Assembly (NCBI GenBank): GCA_038208905.1
Contig: JBBQYG010000081.1
Location: forward strand, 1-17,104
From: Candidatus Sumerlaeia bacterium
Lineage (GTDB): Bacteria > Sumerlaeota > Sumerlaeia > SLMS01
Direction of reading: 5' to 3'
DNA: 17,104 bases
Both the position numbers and the translations under genes were made by a program. The first letter of the stretch is position 1, and every line of letters begins with the position of its first letter. The notes under the pieces are model-generated. The model did no database searches and was not told the origin of the DNA. It saw nothing but the letters and a program-made list of their open reading frames with translations. This document shows positions 8,488 through 17,104 of the stretch, in pieces.

Positions 8488-9401
8488 CCACGCAACTCCC
8501 CGCGCCGCCAGAGCATCCCGTCGCGTCGATCGTCATCCGCGCCTACAACGAGGCCCAGCACCTGCCGGAAGTTTTGCGGCGGCTCTCCCGCCAGACAACG
8601 CGCGATTTCGAGGTGATCCTCGTGGACTCCGGCTCCACCGACACCACGCGCGAAATCGCCACCGCCGCCGGCGTCCGCGTGGTGCAGATCGCCAAGTCGG
8701 AGTTCACCTTTGGCCGCTCTCTCAACCGGGGCTGCGCCGCCGCGCGGGGGCGATATCTGGTCATGCTGAGCGGTCACTGCTATCCCGGTTCGCCGAGTTG
8801 GCTGGAGGACATTCTGGCCCCCTTCGCCGAGCCCGGCATCGCCACCGTGTATGGATGCCAGCGCGGCGGCCCGCGCACCAAGTTCAGCGAGCATCGCCAC
8901 TTCGCCACCACATTTCCAGCGCGCTCCGCGATTCCCCAGGACGGATTCTTCTGCAACAACGCCAACTGCGCGATCCGTGCGGACTTGTGGCGGTTGCGCC
9001 ACTATGACGAGACGCTGACGGGTCTGGAGGATCTCGACTGGGCGCGCTGGGCCACGGAACACGGCCACCGCGTAGCCTATCAGTTCACCGCCCGCGTCGC
9101 CCACCTGCACGACGAAACATGGCCCCAGGTATTCCGCCGTTACGAGCGCGAGGCGATCGCGCTCAAGCGCATCCTCCCCGATTTCCGATTCTCGCTGATC
9201 GAGTTCCTCCGCCTCTTCTCCCAAACCGTCGCGCTCGATATGGCGGCGGCGCGGCGGCGTGGCGCGCTGATTTCCCGGGCGCGCGAGATAATCCTCTTCC
9301 GGTTTAGCCAGTATTGGGGCACCTATCGCGGAGCCCACTATCACCGCGCCCTCACGCGCCAGATCAAAGAGCAGTTCTTCTATCCCCGAAAGGCACGATA
9401 A
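8484..9401 (+). CDS. Glycosyltransferase family 2 (rhamnosyltransferase-like subfamily)
   Basis: SIVIRAYNE, VDSGSTD, FTFGRSLNRG, NNANCAIR, LEDLDW and HLHDE; ATGA overlap. Confidence 0.92.
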   Translation: MTTQLPAPPEHPVASIVIRAYNEAQHLPEVLRRLSRQTTRDFEVILVDSGSTDTTREIATAAGVRVVQIAKSEFTFGRSLNRGCAAARGRYLVMLSGHCYPGSPSWLEDILAPFAEPGIATVYGCQRGGPRTKFSEHRHFATTFPARSAIPQDGFFCNNANCAIRADLWRLRHYDETLTGLEDLDWARWATEHGHRVAYQFTARVAHLHDETWPQVFRRYEREAIALKRILPDFRFSLIEFLRLFSQTVALDMAAARRRGALISRAREIILFRFSQYWGTYRGAHYHRALTRQIKEQFFYPRKAR

Positions 9402-9409
9402 CCCCGACC

Positions 9410-10378
9410 GTGAAGCCCTTCGTCCTCATCTCCTCCCCCATCGCTATCGCCCACCCGGAGCCCTATGTGTCCGCGCTCCGCAGGAACGGATTCGACGTGG
9501 TCCTGCACATGCCGCCGGGCCAGTGCCTCGATGAAGGCGAGATCCGCGCGTTCTCTCCCAACATCCGCGCGATCCTCTGCGGAGACGACGCCGTCACGCG
9601 CCGCGTGATCGACGAAAACCCGCACCTCGAGACCGTGTGCAAGTGGGGCGTCGGCATCGACTCCATCGACTGGAAGTATTGCGCGGAGAAGGGCATCGGC
9701 GTCCGCAACGTTCCCGGCATTCATAGTCAGTCCATGGCCGAGGCCGCGTGTGGATATACGCTGGCGCTCTACAAGAAGCTCGTCGTTGTGGATCGCATGG
9801 TGAGGGAGAGGCGCTGGGACAAGGTCTGCTCCTACACCTTCGAGGGCTCCACCATCGGAATCGTGGGCCTTGGCAACATCGGTCGCCGCATCGCGAAGAT
9901 GATGAGCGGATGGCCCGTGAATCTGATCGGTTACGATCCGCGTCCCGACGCGATGCCCGACTTCCCGGGGAGACTCGTCTCTCGCGAGGAAGTGTATTCG
10001 CAATCGCGCTGCATCGTCTGCGCCGCGCCGCCCGAGACCGAGCGCGCCCGCGTCCACGGCGACGCCCTCGCGCCGGAACTCGACAAGGTGATGCATCTGC
10101 TGCCGAAGGGAACGCTCTACGTCAACGTCTCGCGCGGGGCTCTGGCGCCCTTCGCGGCGCTTGAGCAGTGCCTGGAGGACGGCCGCATCGAGGCCGCCGC
10201 GCTGGACGTGTTCGAGGTGGAGCCGCTCCCCTACTCCTCGCGCCTGCGCACGGAGTTCGCCGACCGCTTGATTTTCGGCGCCCACACCGCCTACAATTGT
10301 CCCGGCATTTCGGAGAAGGTGACGCACTTGACGTTCAGGAATCTCTTCGAGGAAATCCAATGTCCACTGCCATCGTAA
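9410..10378 (+). CDS. D-isomer-specific 2-hydroxyacid dehydrogenase (SerA-like, no ACT domain)
   Basis: KWGVGIDSID, GIVGLGNIG, and catalytic Arg/Glu/His in NVSRG, LDVFEVEP and GAHTA. GTG start at 9410 is inferred. Confidence 0.9.
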   Translation: MKPFVLISSPIAIAHPEPYVSALRRNGFDVVLHMPPGQCLDEGEIRAFSPNIRAILCGDDAVTRRVIDENPHLETVCKWGVGIDSIDWKYCAEKGIGVRNVPGIHSQSMAEAACGYTLALYKKLVVVDRMVRERRWDKVCSYTFEGSTIGIVGLGNIGRRIAKMMSGWPVNLIGYDPRPDAMPDFPGRLVSREEVYSQSRCIVCAAPPETERARVHGDALAPELDKVMHLLPKGTLYVNVSRGALAPFAALEQCLEDGRIEAAALDVFEVEPLPYSSRLRTEFADRLIFGAHTAYNCPGISEKVTHLTFRNLFEEIQCPLPS

Positions 10379-11094
10379 CCGGCGCCCTGGGCGGCATCGG
10401 CCGCTCGATCTGCGAGGTTCTCCAGCGCCGCGCATATACAGTGATCGCGCTCGACCGCACGCCGGGCTCCTGCGCCGCGGCGCACTTCATCCGGTGCGAC
10501 ATTCGCGACTTTCACACGAACCCCGCCGACGCGGCGCCGGTGGCGGCGGAGATCCGCCGCATCGCCAACGGTCGCATCGATCTTCTGGTGAATAACGCGG
10601 CCCATCAGGTGGTGAAGCCCGTGCAGGAACTCGAGACCGCCGATTGGGACATCACGCTCTCCACCAATTTGACGGCTGCGTTCATGCTGATTCAGGAGTT
10701 CCTTCCCGAACTGGAGGCCGCGCGCGGCAGCGTGGTCAATGTATCGAGCATCCACGCGAATCTGACGAAGCCCGGCTTCGTGGCCTATGCCACCAGCAAG
10801 GGCGGCATGGTCGCGCTCACCAAGGCCCTCGCCGTGGAGCTCGGCCCGCGCGGCATCCGCGTCAACGCGGTGCTCCCCGCGGCGACCGACACGGAGATGC
10901 TGCGCGCGGGATTCGAGGGCAACCCCAAGGGCTACGCCGACCTTGCCGCGCTGCACCCGATCGGTCGCATCGCGATGCCGGAGGAGGTCGCCCAATTCAT
11001 TGCCTACCTTGCTTCGCCCGCCGCCGGATTCATCACCGGCAGCGCCCTCCAGATCGACGGCGGCATCGGCGCGCGGCTGCATGATCCGGTCTGA
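10360..11094 (+). CDS. Classical SDR oxidoreductase
   Basis: TGALGGIG, NNAA, NVSS, YATSK, IRVNAVLP and DGG; GAGG RBS before ATG 10360. Confidence 0.93.
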   Translation: MSTAIVTGALGGIGRSICEVLQRRAYTVIALDRTPGSCAAAHFIRCDIRDFHTNPADAAPVAAEIRRIANGRIDLLVNNAAHQVVKPVQELETADWDITLSTNLTAAFMLIQEFLPELEAARGSVVNVSSIHANLTKPGFVAYATSKGGMVALTKALAVELGPRGIRVNAVLPAATDTEMLRAGFEGNPKGYADLAALHPIGRIAMPEEVAQFIAYLASPAAGFITGSALQIDGGIGARLHDPV

Positions 11095-11104
11095 TCGCGG
11101 CGCC

Positions 11105-13021
11105 CTACTGGTATCGACGAAACCATAGCTCCAGCATCACCAGCGACCAAAGCCGCTTTCCGTGATCCTCCGCGCCCTTCGCGTGTTCGCCGAGTAGCGC
11201 GCGCACGGCCTTTGGGTTGAAGAGTCCCCGCCCGCGCGCCTCGGTCGAGAGAAGGGTGTCGCGTGCCATCTCCTTCAGCGGACCCCGGAACCACGCGCCG
11301 ACCGGAAGCGCGAAACCCTGCTTTGGCCGTGACAGGATCGACGGCGGCAGAATCCCGGCAAAGGCGCGCCGCAGTATATACTTCTGTACGCGCCCCCTGA
11401 TCTTGAAGCGATCCGGCATCGCCGCCGTCAAGTCCACGTGATCCACGTCCAGAAACGGCGATCGCGCCTCCAGCGAATGGGCCATCGTCATGCGGTCGGC
11501 CTTCACGAGCAGCACCGATGCAAGATACAGCGGAAAGTCCGCCGCCAACGTGCGATCGAGCCGCGAGACGGCGCCGCTGCGCCGCGCAGCCCGCCGGAAG
11601 AGCGCCGCCGTGGACGGCCCGCCGGAAAGGCGACGGAATTCCTCCGTGGCGATGGCGTTGCGCGAACGGTCGGTGAAGTAGCTCGACCATCGCAGCAGGC
11701 TTGCGTCGGGCCCTGTCTCCAGCGCCTGGGCGATGCGCTGCACGCCCAGCATCCAGTTTCGTTCCGGCGGAATATCGGTTCGCACGGGAAGGCGCGAGGC
11801 CAGTTTCCGCCACAGGCCCGCCACGGAGCCGCCCAGTCCAGAATCGGCCAGCAGGTTCACCGGACCAAGCACGCTATCCATCCAGTGGCGCTGGTACCCC
11901 GCGTGGGTTTCATCGCCGCCGTCTCCGCATAGCGCCACCGTCACATGCTCGCGCGTCATGCGGGATAGATGCCACATCGCCAGCGCCGCGGGATCGGCGA
12001 ACGGCTCGTCGCAGTGCTCCACCAAGCGCGGCAACGTCTCCGCCACGTTCCATGAGACAATTTCCTCGCGGTGGTCGGTGCCGAAGTGCTTCGCCACCAG
12101 GCGCGCTTCCGCCAACTCGCTGAACTTCTCCTCCTCGAAGCCGATCGTGAAGGTGCGGACCGGCTGGCTCGACTCCCGTGCCATCAGTCCCACGATGATC
12201 GAGCTGTCGATGCCTCCGCTAAGAAATGCCCCGAGGGGAACCTCGCCCATCAGGCGACGGCGCACGGCCGCGGTGACGCTCTCCCTCACGGCGCCAACCC
12301 AGTCGCCCTCCCGCATCTGCTTCTTCGGTTCGAAGGCTGGTCGCCAATAGCACGAGGCTTCCGGCGCGCGCCCCGAGGCGGGTACCCATTCCACCACGTG
12401 GCCCGGCGGCAGCTTGCGGATCGCGCGAAATGCGGATGCCGGTTCCGGCGTGGCCTGAAGCGCAAGGTAGTGCCACAGCGCCGCGTGATCCGGATCGCGC
12501 GGAACGGCGGGATGCGCCAGCAGGGCCTTGATCTCGCTGCCGAATACGATCCCAAGGCGGCGGCTATAGTGATAGTGCAGCGGCTTCTTTCCCATGCGGT
12601 CGCGCCCAAGCGTAAGCCTCCCCGCGCGCGCGTCCCAGATCGCGAAGGCAAACATCCCGTTGAGCCGCTGGCACAGGCCGTCTCCGCCCCACTGCTCGTA
12701 GCCGTGGACCAGCACCTCCGTGTCGCAATCCGTGACGAACCGGTGACCGTGGGGAATCAGCGCACGCCTAAGCTCGCGAAAGTTGTATATCTCTCCGTTC
12801 ATCACCACCAGCATGCTGCGATCCTCGTTGAAGATCGGCTGCTGGCCGCCCTCGAGGTCCACGATGGCGAGGCGCTTCATCGCAAGGGCCACGTTGCCGG
12901 ACGTATAGACGCCATCCTCGTCGGGCCCGCGGTGGTGGAGCGTCGCATTCATCCGCGCGAGGATGTCCGCCTCCGCCGGGCGCTCCGAATCCGTATAGAC
13001 AAAACCGGTGATGCCGCACAT
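11105..13021 (-). CDS. asnB: Asparagine synthase (glutamine-hydrolysing) family amidotransferase
   Basis: MCGI N-terminal nucleophile start at 13021, HRGPD, RLAIVD, NGEIYN, FLSGGIDSS, GDGGDE, DRMTMAHSLEARSPFLD and RPKQGF. Confidence 0.95.
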   Translation of the reverse strand: MCGITGFVYTDSERPAEADILARMNATLHHRGPDEDGVYTSGNVALAMKRLAIVDLEGGQQPIFNEDRSMLVVMNGEIYNFRELRRALIPHGHRFVTDCDTEVLVHGYEQWGGDGLCQRLNGMFAFAIWDARAGRLTLGRDRMGKKPLHYHYSRRLGIVFGSEIKALLAHPAVPRDPDHAALWHYLALQATPEPASAFRAIRKLPPGHVVEWVPASGRAPEASCYWRPAFEPKKQMREGDWVGAVRESVTAAVRRRLMGEVPLGAFLSGGIDSSIIVGLMARESSQPVRTFTIGFEEEKFSELAEARLVAKHFGTDHREEIVSWNVAETLPRLVEHCDEPFADPAALAMWHLSRMTREHVTVALCGDGGDETHAGYQRHWMDSVLGPVNLLADSGLGGSVAGLWRKLASRLPVRTDIPPERNWMLGVQRIAQALETGPDASLLRWSSYFTDRSRNAIATEEFRRLSGGPSTAALFRRAARRSGAVSRLDRTLAADFPLYLASVLLVKADRMTMAHSLEARSPFLDVDHVDLTAAMPDRFKIRGRVQKYILRRAFAGILPPSILSRPKQGFALPVGAWFRGPLKEMARDTLLSTEARGRGLFNPKAVRALLGEHAKGAEDHGKRLWSLVMLELWFRRYQ

Positions 13022-14235
13022 CAGCGTGTCCTCCGCGCGCGATAGACCTCGTCGGCAAGGGCGAGCCAGTCGGCCGCCATCCTGCCCCACGTGAAATCCT
13101 TTACGTTGCTGTACCCCGCCTTGCGCAGACGCCCGCGCACGGCGGGATTCCGCATCTCCTCCATGCGGGCCAGAAGCTCCCCTGGCTTGCGGGGATCGAA
13201 GTAGAGCGCGGCGTCGCGGGCAACCTCAGGCAGCGACGTCGCCCGCGCGCATATGACCGGGCAGCCCGCCGCCTGGGCCTCCAGCGGCGGAATGCCAAAG
13301 CCCTCGTAAAGCGACGGGAACACAAAGAATGCCGCCCGCTGGTAGAGCAGCGCCAGCTCCCTCCGCGAGACAGTCCCCAGTCTGACGAGGGAACCGCACG
13401 GGAGCCGGCCCAGTGCACGCGCCAGCCGCGGATCGCCGGTGGTGGGCGCCGAACCGCCCGTCAATACAAGGCGATACTTGGGATGTCGCCGCTGGAACTC
13501 GCGAAACGCCGTCGCGAGCACACCGACGTTCTTTCGCCGGGAAAGGCTCCCCGAATGAAACACAAAGGGCTCCGTGACGCCACGCACCCCAAGGCCCGCC
13601 CACAGATCACTGTCCTCCGCAGTCCATCGGGCGGGGGTGAACTCAACCTCCTCCACGCCGAGGGGAATCGTGCGGAAACGGTGCGGAGCGATCTCCGGAA
13701 ACAGGTCACGTGCGTCTTGTGCCGTATAGGCCGAATCGACATGCGTGAACGGCGCGAGGGCCACCGTCCGCGGAACCATCAGCCGCATATACAACGAGTC
13801 GGCCCAGTAGTACTCGCGCCAGTCATACTTTGCGGGCTGGGGAAAATACATCAGGTCGTGAATGGAAGTGAAGCCGGGGACGCGAAGGCCAACGGGAAGG
13901 ACAAGCTTGATATTGTAGAGCACCGCGCCGCGCCGCCGATTGGCGTGGGCGGGCACGCTCCGGTGATCCCACAGGATCCTGTTCCCCGCGTGGCGCGGCA
14001 GCACGACTTCCCGAATCGCCGGGTGCTCCACGGGGCAGAGTCCGCGCGTCGGCACAAGGACCTCGATCCTGCGCCCCTGCTTCTCGCACAGGGGCGCCGC
14101 CGCGTGCAGCATGCGCTCCGCCATCTCACGCACGCCGCCCCATCGGTCCTCGAAGATGCGGCCCATGAAGAGGATTGTCGGATGCTCGGGATGCCCCAAG
14201 GGCGCGGCTCGCTCGCGGGAGTGACGATGCCCCAC
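13021..14235 (-). CDS. Glycosyltransferase family 4 (mannosyltransferase MtfB/WbaZ-like)
   Basis: SIHDL, RKNV and FPSLYEGFGIPPLEAQAAGCPV, SLPEV; TGATG coupling to asnB. Start uncertain (GTG 14235 or TTG 14199). Confidence 0.92.
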   Translation of the reverse strand: MGHRHSRERAAPLGHPEHPTILFMGRIFEDRWGGVREMAERMLHAAAPLCEKQGRRIEVLVPTRGLCPVEHPAIREVVLPRHAGNRILWDHRSVPAHANRRRGAVLYNIKLVLPVGLRVPGFTSIHDLMYFPQPAKYDWREYYWADSLYMRLMVPRTVALAPFTHVDSAYTAQDARDLFPEIAPHRFRTIPLGVEEVEFTPARWTAEDSDLWAGLGVRGVTEPFVFHSGSLSRRKNVGVLATAFREFQRRHPKYRLVLTGGSAPTTGDPRLARALGRLPCGSLVRLGTVSRRELALLYQRAAFFVFPSLYEGFGIPPLEAQAAGCPVICARATSLPEVARDAALYFDPRKPGELLARMEEMRNPAVRGRLRKAGYSNVKDFTWGRMAADWLALADEVYRARRTR

Positions 14236-14325
14236 GATGTTGCCCCCGGCCCCGCATGGTCAACGATTACGATGGACGGCGGAGCAGAGGTTTGCCTCCA
14301 CTCGCCGAGACAGGATCGCGCACCG

Positions 14326-15522
14326 ATGCAGCTCCCCACCGGACTAAAGGACCTCCTCTATCGCGGATACTCCGCGATGATCCTGCGTCCACGCCTTGCG
14401 CGGGTATGGCCACCAGTCGCCACGCAGGAGCAGTTGGACGACCTCCTCCCCCGCCTCCACTTCCACTTTCCCAAGGGATGGACCGTTGAGGTCCCGCTCG
14501 CTTCCGCGGGTCTCAAGCCGTCCGGCAAGCTTCCCTATTACATGGCCGACTATGCCGACCGTTGCGAGAGCACGATACGCCTGACGGGGCCGGGGGCCAA
14601 CCTGATCCCCTCGCTGCTCTGGCGAGGCGGCACGCTCCTGTCGGCGCCCGTTGAGCGCATCGCCGGAGGCCGTGTTCTCCAATACCTCCCCAACGTGGCG
14701 CCCTTCGATCCCACCGATGTGGAGATGGAGACCTTTTGGGTGGCGAAGTTCCACCACCAGGGCCAGCGTCGCTCTATCGCTCCGTCGCGGCAGCAGCTGC
14801 TGGCATATATACGAACGCTCCCCCGGCGGAAAAAGGCCTACCTCCTCTGTACCGGACCCTCGCTGTCGCGGTTCGCGGAATTCGACTACGGCGACGGATA
14901 CGTGATCGGATGCAATAGCGTGGTCTCCAACGAGGCCTTGATGCTGCACGCCAAGCCCCAGTTCATCGTTGCCTCGGACCCGATCTTTCACTTCGGGCCT
15001 TCGATCTATGCGGAGAAGTTCCGCCAAGACCTCGCCTCCGCCGCGCAGCGGTTTCCATTCCTTTTCCTCACGCTCAACGTCTATCATCACCTCCTGCGAC
15101 CGCATGTTGCGATGGCGCGCGACCGCATGTGCGAGGTGCCGCTGAACCTGACCACGGCGACCGCGCCGCTGGACGAGGAGTTCAGCGTTCCGCAAACCGC
15201 CAACATCATGACGATGTTCATGCTGCCGCTGGCCCAGACCATCGCCGAGGAGATATACATCATCGGCGCCGACGGCCGCGAACCGGGCGAGACGTATTTC
15301 TGGAAGCATGATCCGGCATCCCAGCTTACAGACAAGATGCAGGCCATCAAGGACTGCCACCCCGCGTTCTTCGAGAAGCGCGACTACGTGGACTACTACG
15401 ACACGCACTGCGCCATCGTGAAGGGCCAGATCGAGTCCATCGAGGCCCGCGGCGGACGCGTCTATGCCCTGACGCCGTCGTATATACCAGCCCTTGCCCA
15501 GCGCCCGGCGCCCGCGCGATGA
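14326..15522 (+). CDS. DUF115/Maf_flag10-like protein, putative CMP-ulosonic-acid transferase
   Basis: AYLLCTGPSL, VIGCN, ASDP and EEIYIIGADG resemble the Maf/GT42-like fold. AGGA upstream of ATG 14326; N-terminal third unassigned. Confidence 0.7.
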   Translation: MQLPTGLKDLLYRGYSAMILRPRLARVWPPVATQEQLDDLLPRLHFHFPKGWTVEVPLASAGLKPSGKLPYYMADYADRCESTIRLTGPGANLIPSLLWRGGTLLSAPVERIAGGRVLQYLPNVAPFDPTDVEMETFWVAKFHHQGQRRSIAPSRQQLLAYIRTLPRRKKAYLLCTGPSLSRFAEFDYGDGYVIGCNSVVSNEALMLHAKPQFIVASDPIFHFGPSIYAEKFRQDLASAAQRFPFLFLTLNVYHHLLRPHVAMARDRMCEVPLNLTTATAPLDEEFSVPQTANIMTMFMLPLAQTIAEEIYIIGADGREPGETYFWKHDPASQLTDKMQAIKDCHPAFFEKRDYVDYYDTHCAIVKGQIESIEARGGRVYALTPSYIPALAQRPAPAR

Positions 15523-16472
15523 AGCAGCCTCGCGTCTCCATCATCACACCGGTTTTCAACGGAGAGGCGTACTTCCGGGAGACCTTCGACAACGTCCGCG
15601 CCCAGCGCTGGCGCAACTGGGAGTGGATCGTGGTGGACGACGCATCCACCGACGGGACATGGGCGCTGTTGCAGGATCTGGCGAGGAAAGAGCCGCGCCT
15701 TCGCATCCGGCGCCTGCGCGCCAACATCGGCCAGGCGGGCGCCGTGCGCAACATCGCCATGGCAAGGGCCGCGGGCGAGTACATCGCCTTCCTCGATGCA
15801 GACGACCAATGGGAGCCGACGAAGCTCCGGCGCCAAGTTGCGCACCTGATCCGCCATCGCGATGTCGATGTGGTCTGCTCATGGATCGACTTTTTTGGCG
15901 ATCCCGGGCGCAGCGAGCAGTGGCGCCGCATGGACTGGCGATACGACACGCCCGAGGTGACCCACCGCCAGATCGTCACCCAGGCGATGGCGACGTCCTC
16001 GATTCTCTTTCGTCGCGGTGTCTATACAGAAACCGGCGGCATGGACGAGGACCCGCGCCTGGTGATCGGAGAGGACACCGAGTTCGGCATCCGCCTCGTG
16101 ATGAGGTATCGCACCCACCGCATTCGCAAGCCGCTCACAATGTATCGCGTCAACGCGCTGGGAAAGTCCCTCTCCAGCGTCCAGCTCCGCGTGCGCCAGC
16201 GGCGGGTTCTGGCGCTGCACGAGATCATTGCGGCGAAGGACATCCTGCCGCCCGATCTGCTGAAGCTCCATGCCGCGCTCACGTTCTACAACGAGGCGAA
16301 GAACAACCTCTTCCACTACCGAATGCCCTATCGCGGGCTGCTGTGGCGATCGATTCGTTCCGGCGCGGCACCGGCAAAGGCATGGGTGATGTTCGCGTTG
16401 TGTTGGCTTCCGGCACCGATGCTGCGCCGGGTGCTGGAGGCGCTGCTCGCCGCATCGCGCTTCGGCAAGTAG
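15519..16472 (+). CDS. Glycosyltransferase family 2
   Basis: VSIITPVFN, VVDDASTD, RN.A, FLDADD, KL..Q and GED; ATGA overlap. Confidence 0.95.
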   Translation: MKQPRVSIITPVFNGEAYFRETFDNVRAQRWRNWEWIVVDDASTDGTWALLQDLARKEPRLRIRRLRANIGQAGAVRNIAMARAAGEYIAFLDADDQWEPTKLRRQVAHLIRHRDVDVVCSWIDFFGDPGRSEQWRRMDWRYDTPEVTHRQIVTQAMATSSILFRRGVYTETGGMDEDPRLVIGEDTEFGIRLVMRYRTHRIRKPLTMYRVNALGKSLSSVQLRVRQRRVLALHEIIAAKDILPPDLLKLHAALTFYNEAKNNLFHYRMPYRGLLWRSIRSGAAPAKAWVMFALCWLPAPMLRRVLEALLAASRFGK

Positions 16473-17102
16473 CTACATGCGAATCGCCAGTGGCGCCAGA
16501 AGCGAGAACGCGCGGAACCCGGCGAAGAGGAATTGCTTCAACTCCCGCGTCGATTCGTCGTCCGCCGGATCTGGCCCGATACCGAAATCGATTGTCGGCG
16601 CCTCCTCCGCCGACGCGGCGGCATCGACGTTCTCGATCAGCGCCAGCAACTCGTCGCCAGTCCGCCCATCGGATGCCCGCATTGCGCCAAGGTGCAGCAT
16701 CACGCCCAGCAGGTGCTGGGGCATCAGATCGCCCACGAGGAACAACTCCTCGATCACTTGGGCGCTCGTCACCTCCAGCCCGGCGCGGTCGGCCTTGGTG
16801 GGTTCGGGCGCCTCAAGGAATCCCGCCTGCCGCCAGCCGACGAGCCGTGGATTCTCGCCGTAGCCATGCTCCAGCGCCGCGTCCAGAAACAGCTCCAGCG
16901 CGCGCGACCCGGTGGGGGGAAGCTGCCCAACGAGCCAGGCTTCCGCCGCCCCGGAAATCGGAAACGATACCGCCGCCGTGCAGGAGTACGGCGCACCCGA
17001 GAGCGACGCCGGGCACGCGCGGCAGTGATGCGCATGCTCCTCCAGCGCGGCACACTCCTCGCGCAAGTCGGCGACCGAGAGCTCGCGCTTCTCCACCTCC
17101 CC
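16473..17102 (-). CDS. Hypothetical protein with a CxxC motif, probably 5'-truncated by the window edge
   Basis: Frame is open to the edge, amino-acid composition is protein-like, and it contains C..HCRACPA..C. Confidence 0.7.
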   Translation of the reverse strand, partial: GEVEKRELSVADLREECAALEEHAHHCRACPASLSGAPYSCTAAVSFPISGAAEAWLVGQLPPTGSRALELFLDAALEHGYGENPRLVGWRQAGFLEAPEPTKADRAGLEVTSAQVIEELFLVGDLMPQHLLGVMLHLGAMRASDGRTGDELLALIENVDAAASAEEAPTIDFGIGPDPADDESTRELKQFLFAGFRAFSLLAPLAIRM

Positions 17103-17104
17103 CT

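Noticed and set aside
9410..10378. Calling this gene serA
   Set aside because: No ACT domain, divergent sequence and a glycan-locus context; serine biosynthesis is not supported.
13022..13090. Upstream start for asnB at 13090
   Set aside because: Ntn amidotransferases need Cys at position 2; MCGI begins at 13021.
13483..14325. N-terminal extension of the 679-aa ORF
   Set aside because: Mostly antisense to the GT4; ATG 14326 has an RBS-like site and protein-like sequence starts there.
1..17104. Remaining short or antisense ORFs in the track; RNA genes; complete IS elements
   Set aside because: The ORFs overlap well-supported genes and lack motifs; no tRNA, rRNA or complete transposase was recognised.

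Overview
GC-rich bacterial window with about 17 CDS, two of them cut by the window edges. The left part (1-5387, + strand) holds the C-terminal part of a long U32-family (RlhA-like) protein, a small secreted secretin-like protein, a secreted alpha/beta hydrolase, an OpgC-like acyltransferase, a BtpA/SgcQ protein and a degenerate macrodomain protein with an acidic tail. The U32 frame reads through a GTAG-type REP doublet preceded by what resembles the tail of a RAYT transposase. The right part (5393-16472) is a surface-glycan locus: three GT2, two GT4, a NeuA-like cytidylyltransferase, a D-2-hydroxyacid dehydrogenase, an SDR, an AsnB-type amidotransferase and a DUF115/Maf-like putative ulosonic-acid transferase. 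No NeuB/KdsA synthase lies in the window. The best candidates for new biology are the possible non-canonical CMP-keto-acid sugar pathway, the in-frame REP/RAYT-like insert and the minimal secretin-like gene behind a sigma54-like motif. All calls come from motif recognition by eye; no searches were run. No rRNA, tRNA or CRISPR array was seen.
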